NCBI RefSeq assembly: GCF_019739195.1
Contig: NZ_JAHHDS010000003.1
Span: forward strand, 2,467,705 to 2,531,704
DNA length: 64,000 nucleotides
Direction: 5' to 3'
Origin: Microcella sp.
GTDB lineage: Bacteria; Actinomycetota; Actinomycetes; Actinomycetales; Microbacteriaceae
The position numbers and the translations under genes are program-made. This document shows, in pieces, positions 45,135-56,733 of this stretch. Numbering within the stretch: position 1 is the first letter of the stretch; each line of letters starts with the position of its first letter. Under the pieces are notes generated by a model. It was given only the letters and a program-made list of their open reading frames with translations. It made no database searches and was not told the origin of the DNA.

Positions 45135-46789
45135 GCGCCGGCGATGGCGCGGCCCGCCCGCAGCCCGGTGTGCAGGCACCCGCCGAGGAAAGTGCCTTCG
45201 AGCGAGCGGTAGCCGTGCACGCCGCCGCCGCCGAAGCCCGCCGCCTCGCCGACCGCGTAGAGGCCCGGCAACGGTGAGCCGTCGGCGGCGAGCGCGCGGC
45301 TGTCGAGGTCGGTCTGGATACCTCCGAGGCTCTTGCGGGTCAGCACGTGCAGCCGCACGGCGATGAGCGGGCCGTGCTTCGGGTCGGTCAGCTTATGCGG
45401 CGGCGCGACGCGGATGAGCTTGTCGCCCCGATACTTCCGCGCGCCGCGAATGGCCGTGAGCTGGGCGTCTTTGCCGAACTCGTTGTCGAGCATGCGGTCA
45501 CGCGCGGCGATCTCGGTGCGCACGCGGTCGACGTCGAGCGGAGCATCCGGTTCGAGCGCCGCCATGCGGACGACCAGCTCGTCGACCGTGCTCGCGACGA
45601 TGAAGTCCGCGCCTTTCTGCTTGAAGGCCTCGACCGGGCCCGTGGCACCCTTGCCGAGCCGCTGGTTCAGCAGCTCGCGCACGCTGCGGCCCGTCAGGTC
45701 GGGGTTCTGCTCGCTGCCGCTGAGCGCGAACTCCTTCTCGATGATCGACTGGGTCGTCACAAACCAACTGTGGTCGTGGCCCGTCGTGCGCAAGTGGGCG
45801 AGGGTGCCGAGCGTGTCGAAGCCCGGGAAGAGCGGGGTCGGCAGGCGGCGGCCCGTCGCGTCGAGCCACAGGCTCGAGGGGCCGGGCAAGATGCGGATGC
45901 CGTGCTTCGCCCACACCGGGGAGTGGTTCTGGATGCCCTCGACGTAGTGCCACATGCGGTCGCCGTTGACCAGGCGCGCGCCGGCCGTCTCGGCGATGCC
46001 GAGTCCACGGCCGTCGACGTGCGCGGGCACGCCGCTCACCATGTGCGCCGGGGGAGTGCCGAGCCGCTCGGGCCACGCTGCCCGCACGAGGTCGTGGTTG
46101 CCGCCGATGCCGCCCGACGCCATGACGACCGCGCTCGCCTTGAGGCTGAACTCACCGACGATGTCGCGGTTCGAGGGCGCGCCTCGCTCTGCGTCGTCGG
46201 GGGCAAGCACGCTGCCGCTCACGCCGACCACTCGCCCGTTGGTCACGGTGAGCGCGTCGACCCGGTGACGGAACAGCAGGGTGACGAGGCCGGCATCCAC
46301 GCCCCGGCGCACCGTCGCGATGAACGGCTCGAGAATCGCGGGCCCGGTGCCCCACACGATGTGAAAGCGCGGCACCGAGTTGCCGTGCCGCGTGGCCGTG
46401 TCTCCGCCGCGCTCGGCCCAGCCGACGACCGGGAAGAGCCCGATGCCCTTCTGCTTCAGCCAGGCGCGCTTCTCGCCCGCGGCCCACTCGAGGTAGGCGT
46501 CGGCCCAGGCGCGCGCGTGGTCGTCTTCCGGCCGGTCGAACCCGGCGGTGCCAGCCCAGTCTTGCCGGGCGAGCTCGATCGAATCGCGGATGCCCATGCG
46601 GCGCTGCTCGGGGCTGTCGACCAGGAACAGGCCGCCGAACGACCACCACGCCTGCCCGCCGAACGTCGCCTCGGGCTCTTGGTCGACGATCGTGATGTGC
46701 TTGCCCGCATCCACCAACTCGGCCGCGGCGACGAGTCCGGCGAGGCCCGCGCCGACGATGATCGCGTCGGAGGTGGGAAGAGACGTCAT
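45131..46789 (-). CDS. FAD-binding dehydrogenase (fumarate reductase/succinate dehydrogenase flavoprotein-like, COG3573 type)
   Basis: N-terminal dinucleotide fold AIIVGAGLAGLVAAAEL. The C-terminal motif GLYAVGEAAGFGGGGVHG is typical of this flavoprotein family. Confidence 0.8.
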   Translation of the reverse strand: MTSLPTSDAIIVGAGLAGLVAAAELVDAGKHITIVDQEPEATFGGQAWWSFGGLFLVDSPEQRRMGIRDSIELARQDWAGTAGFDRPEDDHARAWADAYLEWAAGEKRAWLKQKGIGLFPVVGWAERGGDTATRHGNSVPRFHIVWGTGPAILEPFIATVRRGVDAGLVTLLFRHRVDALTVTNGRVVGVSGSVLAPDDAERGAPSNRDIVGEFSLKASAVVMASGGIGGNHDLVRAAWPERLGTPPAHMVSGVPAHVDGRGLGIAETAGARLVNGDRMWHYVEGIQNHSPVWAKHGIRILPGPSSLWLDATGRRLPTPLFPGFDTLGTLAHLRTTGHDHSWFVTTQSIIEKEFALSGSEQNPDLTGRSVRELLNQRLGKGATGPVEAFKQKGADFIVASTVDELVVRMAALEPDAPLDVDRVRTEIAARDRMLDNEFGKDAQLTAIRGARKYRGDKLIRVAPPHKLTDPKHGPLIAVRLHVLTRKSLGGIQTDLDSRALAADGSPLPGLYAVGEAAGFGGGGVHGYRSLEGTFLGGCLHTGLRAGRAIAGA

Positions 46790-47041
46790 GCGAAAACTCC
46801 AGTGTTCTCGAGGGACAGCCGTGCAGGGTGCTCAGGGCCAGTATGCCGCGCAGAGGCGTGATCGTGACGGGGCAGATTCGCGACTCTCAGCGCGGTGGCC
46901 TTGTGGCGAGCACCGCGCATGGCTACCGTCATAGCAACGCCGGGCAACGACGCCCGGGTCAGCACGCGGCTCACCCGCCGCAGCTGTGAGGATCGCCCGC
47001 TCGAGGTCACAAGCCACGGTGAGGGCAGATCGGAGAATGCC

Positions 47042-48202
47042 GTGCGCACGACCCTGTCAGACGATTCACGCACCGACGACACCGTTGCCGACACGCCCCC
47101 AGGGGCTGAGTCTCCAGAGCTTCTGATGCTTCTGAACCCGGCCGGCGAGCGAGTGCCGAACCCCGAGTACGAGCCCTTCGTGGCCGACGTCACGGGCGAT
47201 CAACTCGCGAGCCTCTATGAAGACCTCGTCGTCGTGCGCCGTCTCGACATCGAAGCCACTGCGCTGCAGCGGCAGGGCGAGCTGGCGCTGTGGCCCCCGC
47301 TGCTCGGTCAAGAGGCAGCCCAGGTGGGCTCGGCTCGAACTCTGCGACCCGATGACTTCGTGTTCTCGAGCTACCGCGAGAACGCCGTCGCCTACTGCCG
47401 AGGCGTCGAACTGCCCGATCTGCTGCGCGTCTGGCGCGGCACGGCGCAGTCGGGGTGGAACCCCTACGAGGTCGGCATGGCGACCCCCTCGATCGTCATC
47501 GGGGCGCAGACGCTGCACGCCATGGGCTACGCCGTCGGCTGCCTGCGCGACGGCGTCGACTCAGTGGCGGTCGCCTACTTCGGCGACGGCGCGACGAGTG
47601 AAGGCGACGTCAACGAGGCGATGATCTTCGCGGCCTCGTTCCGCGCGCCCGTGATCTTCTTCTGCCAGAACAACCAGTGGGCGATCTCTGAGCCGGTGGG
47701 CTTGCAGGCGCAGCGACCCATCGCCGAGCGGGCGCCCGGGTTCGGTATTCCGAGCATCCGCGTCGACGGCAATGACGTTCTCGCGGTCATGGCGGCCACG
47801 CGACAGGCCCTCGAGCGCGCTCGCGCGGGCGAGGGGCCCACCTTCATCGAGGCTGTGACCTACCGCATGGGGCCGCACACCACCTCTGACGACCCGAGCC
47901 GCTACATCGACCCGCTGCAGCGCGAAGAGTGGGCGGCGAAAGACCCGCTCGCCCGCGTCGAAGCCCACTTGCGCGACACCGGCGTGCTCACCGATGAGCT
48001 GGCTGAGGCGATCGCTGGGCGCGCCGATGAGATCGCCGCACGATTTCGGAAGGGCTGCGTCGACCTGGCCGACCCCAGACCGCTCGACGTCTTCGACCAC
48101 GTGTACGCCGAGCCGCATCGCGGCATCGCTCGCCAGCGCTCGCAGTACGCGGCGTACCTCGCCTCGATCGGCGAGGCGCAGAGCGAGGGGGAGCAGCGAT
48201 GA
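47042..48202 (+). CDS. bkdA: 2-oxoacid dehydrogenase E1 alpha subunit (branched-chain keto-acid dehydrogenase-like, TPP-dependent)
   Basis: TPP-binding motif YFGDGATSEGDVNEAMIFAA...FFCQNNQWAIS. The start is uncertain: I prefer GTG 47042, which has a GGAGAA SD, but ATG 47126 and ATG 46919 are possible. Confidence 0.8.
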   Translation: MRTTLSDDSRTDDTVADTPPGAESPELLMLLNPAGERVPNPEYEPFVADVTGDQLASLYEDLVVVRRLDIEATALQRQGELALWPPLLGQEAAQVGSARTLRPDDFVFSSYRENAVAYCRGVELPDLLRVWRGTAQSGWNPYEVGMATPSIVIGAQTLHAMGYAVGCLRDGVDSVAVAYFGDGATSEGDVNEAMIFAASFRAPVIFFCQNNQWAISEPVGLQAQRPIAERAPGFGIPSIRVDGNDVLAVMAATRQALERARAGEGPTFIEAVTYRMGPHTTSDDPSRYIDPLQREEWAAKDPLARVEAHLRDTGVLTDELAEAIAGRADEIAARFRKGCVDLADPRPLDVFDHVYAEPHRGIARQRSQYAAYLASIGEAQSEGEQR

Positions 48203-49200
48203 CCGAGCTCACCCTCTCGAAGGCGATCGGCTCGGGCCTGCGCCGCGCTCTGAGCGACGACGACCGAGTCGTGATCCTCGGCGAAGACATCGGGGCACTC
48301 GGCGGCGTCTTCCGCATCACCGACGGACTGCAGCGCGACTTCGGAGCCGATCGCGTCATGGATATGCCTCTGGCCGAGTCGGGCATCATCGGCATGGCCG
48401 TCGGGCTCGCCTATCGGGGGTTTCGCCCCGTGTGCGAAATCCAGTTCGACGGCTTCATCTATCCGGCCTTCGACCAGATCGTCTCTCAAGTGGCGAAGCT
48501 GCACTACCGCACGCGAGGTGCCGTGCGCATGCCGCTCACGATCAGGGTTCCGTACGGGGGCGGCATCGGCGCGGTCGAGCACCACTCTGAGTCTCCCGAG
48601 GCCTACTTCACCCACACCTCGGGGCTGCGGGTCGTCACGTGCTCGACGCCGCAAGATGCCCACACGATGATTCGCCAGGCGATCGCGTGCGACGACCCGG
48701 TGCTCTTCTTCGAGCCCAAGCGCCGCTATTGGACGAAGGGCGAGGTGGATGAGGATGCCGACTTTCCGATGGACGCCGCCCGGGTCGTCGTCACCGGCAC
48801 CGACGTCACCATCGTCACCTACGGCCCGCTCGTCGCAACCGCGATCGATGCGGCCGCCGCCGCGGCCGACGACGGAGTGTCGATCGAGGTCATCGATCTG
48901 CGCAGCCTCTCGCCGCTCGACCTCGAGACGGTCGAGGCGAGCGTGCGCACGACCGGGCGGCTGGTCATCGCACACGAGGCGCAAGAGTTCGGCGGGCTCG
49001 GGGCCGAGATCGCCACGGCGATCACCGATCGGTGCTTCTACCACCTCGAGGCCGCGCCTGCCCGGGTGGCCGGCTTCGATGTGCCGTACCCCGCCTCGCG
49101 CCTCGAAGAGCACTTCCTTCCCGATCTCGACCGCATGCTCGACGCAGTCGATCGCGTCATGGGGCGCGAGAACGCCCTGACCGGCTGGAGCGCATCATGA
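48199..49200 (+). CDS. bkdB: 2-oxoacid dehydrogenase E1 beta subunit
   Basis: Transketolase-like pyrimidine-binding and C-terminal domains are present (GEDIGALGGVFRIT, DMPLAESGIIG). It overlaps both neighbours by 4 bp. Confidence 0.85.
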   Translation: MTELTLSKAIGSGLRRALSDDDRVVILGEDIGALGGVFRITDGLQRDFGADRVMDMPLAESGIIGMAVGLAYRGFRPVCEIQFDGFIYPAFDQIVSQVAKLHYRTRGAVRMPLTIRVPYGGGIGAVEHHSESPEAYFTHTSGLRVVTCSTPQDAHTMIRQAIACDDPVLFFEPKRRYWTKGEVDEDADFPMDAARVVVTGTDVTIVTYGPLVATAIDAAAAAADDGVSIEVIDLRSLSPLDLETVEASVRTTGRLVIAHEAQEFGGLGAEIATAITDRCFYHLEAAPARVAGFDVPYPASRLEEHFLPDLDRMLDAVDRVMGRENALTGWSAS

Positions 49201-50549
49201 CTGCCCGCGAGTTCCGGCTGCCCGACTTGGGGGAGGGGCTGACCGAGTCTGAGCTGGTCGAGTGGCACGTGGCGCCGGGCGAGCTGGTGACGCTCAACCA
49301 GACGATCGCCGATGTCGAGACAGCGAAGGCGATCGTGCAGCTGCCGTCGCCCGTCGCCGGACGTGTCATCGAACTGCTCGCCGAGCCCGGCACGACGGTC
49401 GCCGTCGGCACCCCGATTGTGCGGTTCGAGGTCGAGGGTGCTGCCGACTCTCCAGCACCCGACAGCGCTTCCGCGGACGAGGCTGCCGAAGGCCACGCCG
49501 CCGAGACGCAGAAGCCCGAGTCCGCCCATGGCAGTACCTCAGAGACCACAGACGCACCCGTGCGCAACGCCGTGCTCGTGGGCTACGGCCCCAGTGTCGA
49601 GTCGGGCAAGCGCCCCCAGCGCAAGAAGCGCACGTTCGCCGCTCCGACCTCCGTAGCGCAGCGCCCCGCGGCGCCGCGACCCGTCTCGTCGGGTCACGCG
49701 CTCGCACTGGCGGCACCGCCCGTGCGCAAGCTCGCGCACGAGCTCGGGGTCGACCTGGCGACTCTGCAGGGCACGGGCGAGAACGGCATGATCGTGCGCG
49801 CCGACGTTACGCGCGCTGCCGAGGGCAGCACGCCGCCGACCGTGGCGGGTGCCGAGCGCACGGGCGAGGTGCGCACGCCCATTCGTGGGGTGCGCAAGGC
49901 GACCGCGGCTGCGATGGTGCAGAGCGCCTTCACAGCACCGCACGTGACCGAGTTCTTGACGGTCGATGTCACCCGGTCGCTACAACTCGTACAACGCCTC
50001 ACCGAGTCAGGTCAGCGGGCATCGCTGCTCGGTCTCGTGTCGAAGGCGGTCTGCATGGCGATCGCCCGCACCCCCTCGCTCAATAGTCGGTGGGACGACG
50101 AGGCGAACGAGATCGTGCAGTTCGAGACCGTCAATCTCGGCATCGCGGTGGCGACCGACCGCGGCCTCATGGTGCCGCACATCACCTCGGCAGACCGCCG
50201 CACGCTGCCCGAACTCACGGCCGAGATTGCGGATCTCGCCGCGGCCGCGCGCGCGGGCGAGCTCGCACCGTCGCAGTTGAGCGGCAGCACCTTTACGATC
50301 ACGAACATCGGCGTCTTCGGGGTCGACGCGGGCACGCCCATTCTGAATCCCGGCGAAGCGGGAATTCTCGCGATGGGGGCGGTGCGACGGCTGCCCTGGG
50401 AGCACGAGGGCGAGATCGCCCTGCGCGACGTCATCACCCTGAGCCTCTCGTTCGACCATCGGCTGGTTGACGGCGAGCAGGGGGCACGGCTGCTCACCGA
50501 TGTCGGCGCGCTGCTGCGCGACCCGGCCACCGCCTTGGCGATGGTCTAG
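49197..50549 (+). CDS. bkdC: Dihydrolipoamide acyltransferase E2 component
   Basis: Lipoyl domain (DLGEGLTESELVEW...VETAKAIVQLPSP), subunit-binding domain (PPVRKLAHELGVDLATLQGTG) and catalytic motif DHRLVDG. The ATG overlaps the E1-beta stop (ATGA). Confidence 0.9.
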   Translation: MTAREFRLPDLGEGLTESELVEWHVAPGELVTLNQTIADVETAKAIVQLPSPVAGRVIELLAEPGTTVAVGTPIVRFEVEGAADSPAPDSASADEAAEGHAAETQKPESAHGSTSETTDAPVRNAVLVGYGPSVESGKRPQRKKRTFAAPTSVAQRPAAPRPVSSGHALALAAPPVRKLAHELGVDLATLQGTGENGMIVRADVTRAAEGSTPPTVAGAERTGEVRTPIRGVRKATAAAMVQSAFTAPHVTEFLTVDVTRSLQLVQRLTESGQRASLLGLVSKAVCMAIARTPSLNSRWDDEANEIVQFETVNLGIAVATDRGLMVPHITSADRRTLPELTAEIADLAAAARAGELAPSQLSGSTFTITNIGVFGVDAGTPILNPGEAGILAMGAVRRLPWEHEGEIALRDVITLSLSFDHRLVDGEQGARLLTDVGALLRDPATALAMV

Positions 50550-50553
50550 ACCG

Positions 50554-50889
50554 ATGGTGATCGAGCAGTGGGTTCACGCGCTCGCGGTCAGTTCGGGCGC
50601 AGAGCTGCCGGCGACAGTGTGCTTTCTCGACGACGACCTGAGCGCGCCTGAGAGGGCCGCGATGCTGTCGCAGAGCCGCCCCTCGCTGCGGGCCGGCGGT
50701 GAGATCGCAGTCGTCTCGCCGTGCCTGTCGGTCGTCGAGATGGTCGATCTGATGATCGGTGCAGGGTTCACCGAGGTGCGAGTGAGCGTGCACCGCAGTG
50801 CTCTGGGCCTGCCAGGCCACGGCGCCGATGATGAGGTGAGCGTCGTGCTCGCGCGAGCGATTCGACCGCTTCGGGATGCTGTGCGCTAG
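50554..50889 (+). CDS. Hypothetical protein resembling the C-terminal half of a class I methyltransferase
   Basis: 111-aa ORF with LRAGGEIAVVSP...MIGAGFTEVRVSV strands but no GxGxG SAM motif. It overlaps the convergent TetR gene by 4 bp. Coding status is uncertain. Confidence 0.4.
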   Translation: MVIEQWVHALAVSSGAELPATVCFLDDDLSAPERAAMLSQSRPSLRAGGEIAVVSPCLSVVEMVDLMIGAGFTEVRVSVHRSALGLPGHGADDEVSVVLARAIRPLRDAVR

Positions 50890-51485
50890 CGAGCGGTCGT
50901 GCGAGCTGTTCGGCTCGGGGCGGTGAGGGCCGCGAGGGCCATGGTCGCGAGCAGGTCGCGACTGCGGCGGTCGCGGCCACTGTGCGGGGTCGAGTTGATG
51001 AGCCCGAAGACGGCGTGAGCTCGCGTGCGCAGAGTCGGGCGCGCTTCGCCCTCGACGACGCGCTCGAGTACATCGACCCAGAGCTCGACGTACTGCCGCT
51101 GCAGCAAGCGCACCCGGTGACGGTCGGTCTCGGTGAGGCTGTCGAGGTCCCGGTCTTGCACGCGGATGACGTCGGCGTTCGCGAGGGCGAAGTCGACGTG
51201 AAAGTCGATGAGTCCGCTCAAGGCCGCGCGAGCATCCGCAGCCTCGGTGACGACGCGCTGACCGCCCTGCCAGAGTCCTTCGCTCGTGTCGACGAGCAGA
51301 GCGGCGAGCACCGCCTGCTTGCCTGAGAAGTGGCGGTAGACGGCAGGGCCACTGACGCCGACGGCTCCGCCGAGATCGTCGAGCGACACGCGCTCGAAGC
51401 CGCGTTCGGCAAACATGCTGGCGGCGGCCGAGAGCAGTGCATCGCGGCGATCGGCCTTCGCCTGGGTACGCGGGGTCGCGCTCAT
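50886..51485 (-). CDS. TetR/AcrR family transcriptional regulator (BkaR-like position)
   Basis: N-terminal HTH RRDALLSAAASMFAERGFERVSLDDLGGAVGVSGPAVYRHFSGKQAV. It is divergent from the carboxylase operon. TAGACT lies 7 nt upstream of the ATG. Confidence 0.9.
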   Translation of the reverse strand: MSATPRTQAKADRRDALLSAAASMFAERGFERVSLDDLGGAVGVSGPAVYRHFSGKQAVLAALLVDTSEGLWQGGQRVVTEAADARAALSGLIDFHVDFALANADVIRVQDRDLDSLTETDRHRVRLLQRQYVELWVDVLERVVEGEARPTLRTRAHAVFGLINSTPHSGRDRRSRDLLATMALAALTAPSRTARTTAR

Positions 51486-51507
51486 GGGTGTCAGTCTAGA
51501 CAGTTCG

Positions 51508-51549
51508 GTTAATGGTGACTAACATCGAGTTCAGTTAGTCGCCACTAAC
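51508..51549. promoter_or_regulatory. Two tandem 16-bp palindromic operators (GTTAAT-GGTG-ACTAAC and GTTAGT-CGCC-ACTAAC), candidate TetR binding sites
   Basis: Site 1 is 51508-51523 and site 2 is 51534-51549, 26 bp centre to centre. They lie in the 121-bp divergent region between the TetR gene and the carboxyltransferase gene, the lowest-GC stretch locally. Confidence 0.6.
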
Positions 51550-51606
51550 CCGGCGCCTCTCCACCACTGTCACCGTCGACGCACCGGCGCCCCACGAGGG
51601 AGGGCT

Positions 51607-53198
51607 ATGCAGACGCTCGCATCCACCGCAGCGCAGCACGAGAGCTTCGCTCGCAACGCCGAGGCGATGCAGGCGCTGGTCGACGACTTGCGCGAGCGTC
51701 TGGCCACCGCAGCGCTGGGGGGCTCTGAAGCCTCGCGTGAGCGCCACGTCGCCCGCGGCAAGCTGCTGCCGCGCGAGCGCATCGACCAGCTGCTCGACGA
51801 GGGCAGCCCGTTTCTCGAGCTCGCCCCGCTCGCGGCGACGGGCCTGTACGACGACGAAGCGCCGGGCGCGGGCGTGATTGCCGGCGTCGGCATGGTCGAG
51901 GGCCGGCCCGTACTCGTCATCAGCAACGACGCGACCGTCAAGGGCGGCACCTACTTTCCGATCACGGTCAAGAAGCACCTGCGTGCGCAAGATGTCGCGC
52001 TCGAGAACCGCCTGCCGTGCATCTACCTCGTCGACTCGGGCGGCGCCTACTTGCCGATGCAAGACGAGGTCTTTCCTGACCGCGACCACTTCGGGCGTAT
52101 CTTCTACAACCAGGCTCGACTGTCGGCGGCCGGCATCGCGCAGATCGCCTCGGTCATGGGCTCGTGCACGGCGGGCGGCGCCTACGTGCCCGCGATGAGC
52201 GACGAGACCGTGATCGTGCGCGGGCAGGGCACGATCTTTCTCGGCGGCCCGCCGCTGGTGAAGGCCGCGATCGGCGAAGAGGTCACGGCCGAAGAGCTCG
52301 GTGGCGGCGAGCTGCACGCGCGCACGAGCGGCGTCGTCGACCACCTCGCCGACGACGACCGGCACGCGCTCGAGATCGTGCGCGATATCGTCGCGACGTT
52401 GCCGCAGCCCGGTGAGCGTGCCTGGTCGGTCACCGAGGCACGCCCTCCGGTCGTCGACGAGAGCGAGCTCTACGGCGTCGTGCCGACTGACGTGCAGGCG
52501 CCCTACGACGTGCGCGAGGTCATCGCGCGGCTCGTCGATGCGAGCGAGTTGCACGAGTTCAAGGCCGAGTACGGCACGACGCTCGTGACGGGCTTCGCGA
52601 GCATCCACGGTCACCCCGTTGGCATCGTCGCCAACAACGGCGTGCTGTTCAGCGAGGCCGCCGTGAAGGGCGCGCACTTCATCGAGCTGTGCGATCAGCG
52701 CGGCATTCCGCTGCTGTTTCTGCAGAACATCTCGGGCTTCATGGTCGGTCGCGATGCCGAGGCCGGGGGCATCGCGAAGCACGGCGCCAAGATGGTCACG
52801 GCCGTCGCGACGACCCGCGTGCCGAAGCTCACCGTCGTCATCGGCGGCTCGTTCGGGGCAGGCAACTACTCGATGTGCGGGCGGGCCTACTCGCCGCGCT
52901 TCTTGTGGATGTGGCCCAACGCCCGCATCTCGGTCATGGGCGGGCAGCAGGCGGCCAAGGTGCTCTCGACCGTGCGCCGCGACCAGCTCGGCGACGACTG
53001 GTCGGCGGACGATCAGGCGGCGTTCGAAGAACCGATCCGCGCGCAGTACGAGAGTCAGGGCAGCCCCTACTACTCGACCGGCCGTCTGTGGGATGACGGC
53101 ATCATCGACCCCGCCGACACTCGCACCGTGCTCGGCCTCGCGCTCGAGCTCTGCAGCCGCACGCCGCTGCCCGACCCGGCCTTCGGCCTGTTCCGGAT

Positions 53199-53202
<4 letters not shown>
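51607..53202 (+). CDS. Acyl-CoA carboxylase carboxyltransferase (beta) subunit, methylcrotonyl-CoA carboxylase-like
   Basis: Motifs [50 protein letters not shown] and [13 protein letters not shown] are present. A GAGGGAGGG SD lies upstream. Confidence 0.85.
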
Positions 53203-55108
<1,906 letters not shown>

Positions 55109-55112
<4 letters not shown>

Positions 55113-56257
55113 CGACCCTCACCCCCGAGCAGCAGCGCCTGAGCGACGAGGTGCGCGCGTTCGCCGACACCGTCGTGGCGCCCGCCGCCTACGAGTACGA
55201 CACGAAGCGCGAGCTGCCCTACGACATCATTCGGCAGATGGGCGAGATGGGGCTGTTCGGCCTCGCCGTGCCCGAGCAGTACGGCGGGCAGGGCAAGACC
55301 TATGTCGAGCTGTGCCTCGCCGTCGAGCAGCTCGCGCGCGTCGACCAATCGATCGCCGTGACCCTCGAGGCGGGCCTCGGCCTCGGCGTCATGCCGCTGC
55401 TGCGCGACGGCACCGAGGTGCAGAAGCAGCAGTGGGTGCCAATGCTCGCGCGGGGCGAGGCTCTCGCGGCGTTCGGGCTCACCGAGGCCGAAGCGGGCTC
55501 GGATGCGGGCGCGACGAAGACGACCGCCGAGCTCGACGGCGACGAGTGGGTCATCAACGGCTCGAAGCAGTTCATCACCAATTCGGGCTCTGACATCACG
55601 CGACTCATTACCGTGACGGCAGTCACCGGCCGACGCGAGAACGGAGCCCCCGAACTGAGCGCGATTCTGGTGCCGAGCGGCACCCCGGGGCTCACCGTGC
55701 ACCCCGCCTACGACAAGGTCGGCTGGCACACCTCCGACACGCACCCGCTGACGTTCGAGAACGTGCGCGTGCCGCGCGAGAACCTGCTGGGCGAGCGCGG
55801 CAAGGGCTTTGCATCGTTTCTGAAGACGCTCGACGAGGGCCGCGTGGCCTTCGCGGCTCTCTGCACGGGCGCTGCGCAGGGCTGCCTCGAAGAGGCCCTG
55901 CGCTATGCGAAAGAGCGCGTCGTGTTCGGTCGGCCGATTGGCGACAACCAGCACATCGCTTTCATGATCGCCCGCATGCAGGCGCGGGTGCACCAGGCCC
56001 GGCTCGTCACCTATGACGCCGCCCGCCGCATCGTAGAAGGCACCCCGTTCTCGATGCAGGCGAGCATCGCCAAGCTCGTCTCGAGTGAAGCCGCCATGGC
56101 CAATGCGCGCGATGCGAGCCACATCTTCGGCGGATACGGCTTCTTGAACGAGAATGCGGTCGCAAGGCACTACCGTGACTCGAAGATTCTCGAGGTCGGC
56201 GAAGGCACGACGGAGGTGCAGCTCATGATCATTTCGCGACAGCTGGGGCTCGCATGA
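55109..56257 (+). CDS. Acyl-CoA dehydrogenase (isovaleryl-CoA dehydrogenase-like)
   Basis: ACAD motifs are present ([54 protein letters not shown]). It has an ATGA overlap with the alpha subunit gene. Confidence 0.85.
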
Positions 56258-56733
56258 CGGGTCGCCGTATCGAACAGCGCGGGCTCTGGTTCGAGGAGTT
56301 CGAGGTCGGGGCGACCTACGCGCACGCGCCGGGCCGCACCGCGACCGAGGCCGACAACGTGCTGTTCACCACGATGACCATGAACACGCAGTCACTGCAC
56401 CTCGACGCGGCGTGGTCGGCGCAGCAGCCCTTCGGCGAGCGGCTGGTGAACTCGATGTTCACACTCTCGACCATGGTCGGAGCATCCGTCGCTCAACTGA
56501 CCCAGGGCACGATCGTGGCCAACCTCGGGTTCGGGGCCGTCGCCTTTCCGCACCCGGTGAGGCACGGCGACACGCTCTACTTCGAGACGCTCGTCGAGAG
56601 CAAGCGACTCTCGTCGTCGCGACCCGGACAGGGCATCGTCGTGCTGCATCACAGCGCTCGCAATCAGGAGGGTGTCGTCGTGGCGACAGCCGAGCGATCA
56701 GCGCTCGTGTGGTGCGAGGGCGCGCGGTCGTGA
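56254..56733 (+). CDS. MaoC-like (R)-specific enoyl-CoA hydratase/dehydratase
   Basis: 159-aa single hotdog with the typical N-terminal segment and a VAFPHPVRHGDTL motif. It overlaps both neighbours by 4 bp. Confidence 0.8.
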   Translation: MTGRRIEQRGLWFEEFEVGATYAHAPGRTATEADNVLFTTMTMNTQSLHLDAAWSAQQPFGERLVNSMFTLSTMVGASVAQLTQGTIVANLGFGAVAFPHPVRHGDTLYFETLVESKRLSSSRPGQGIVVLHHSARNQEGVVVATAERSALVWCEGARS

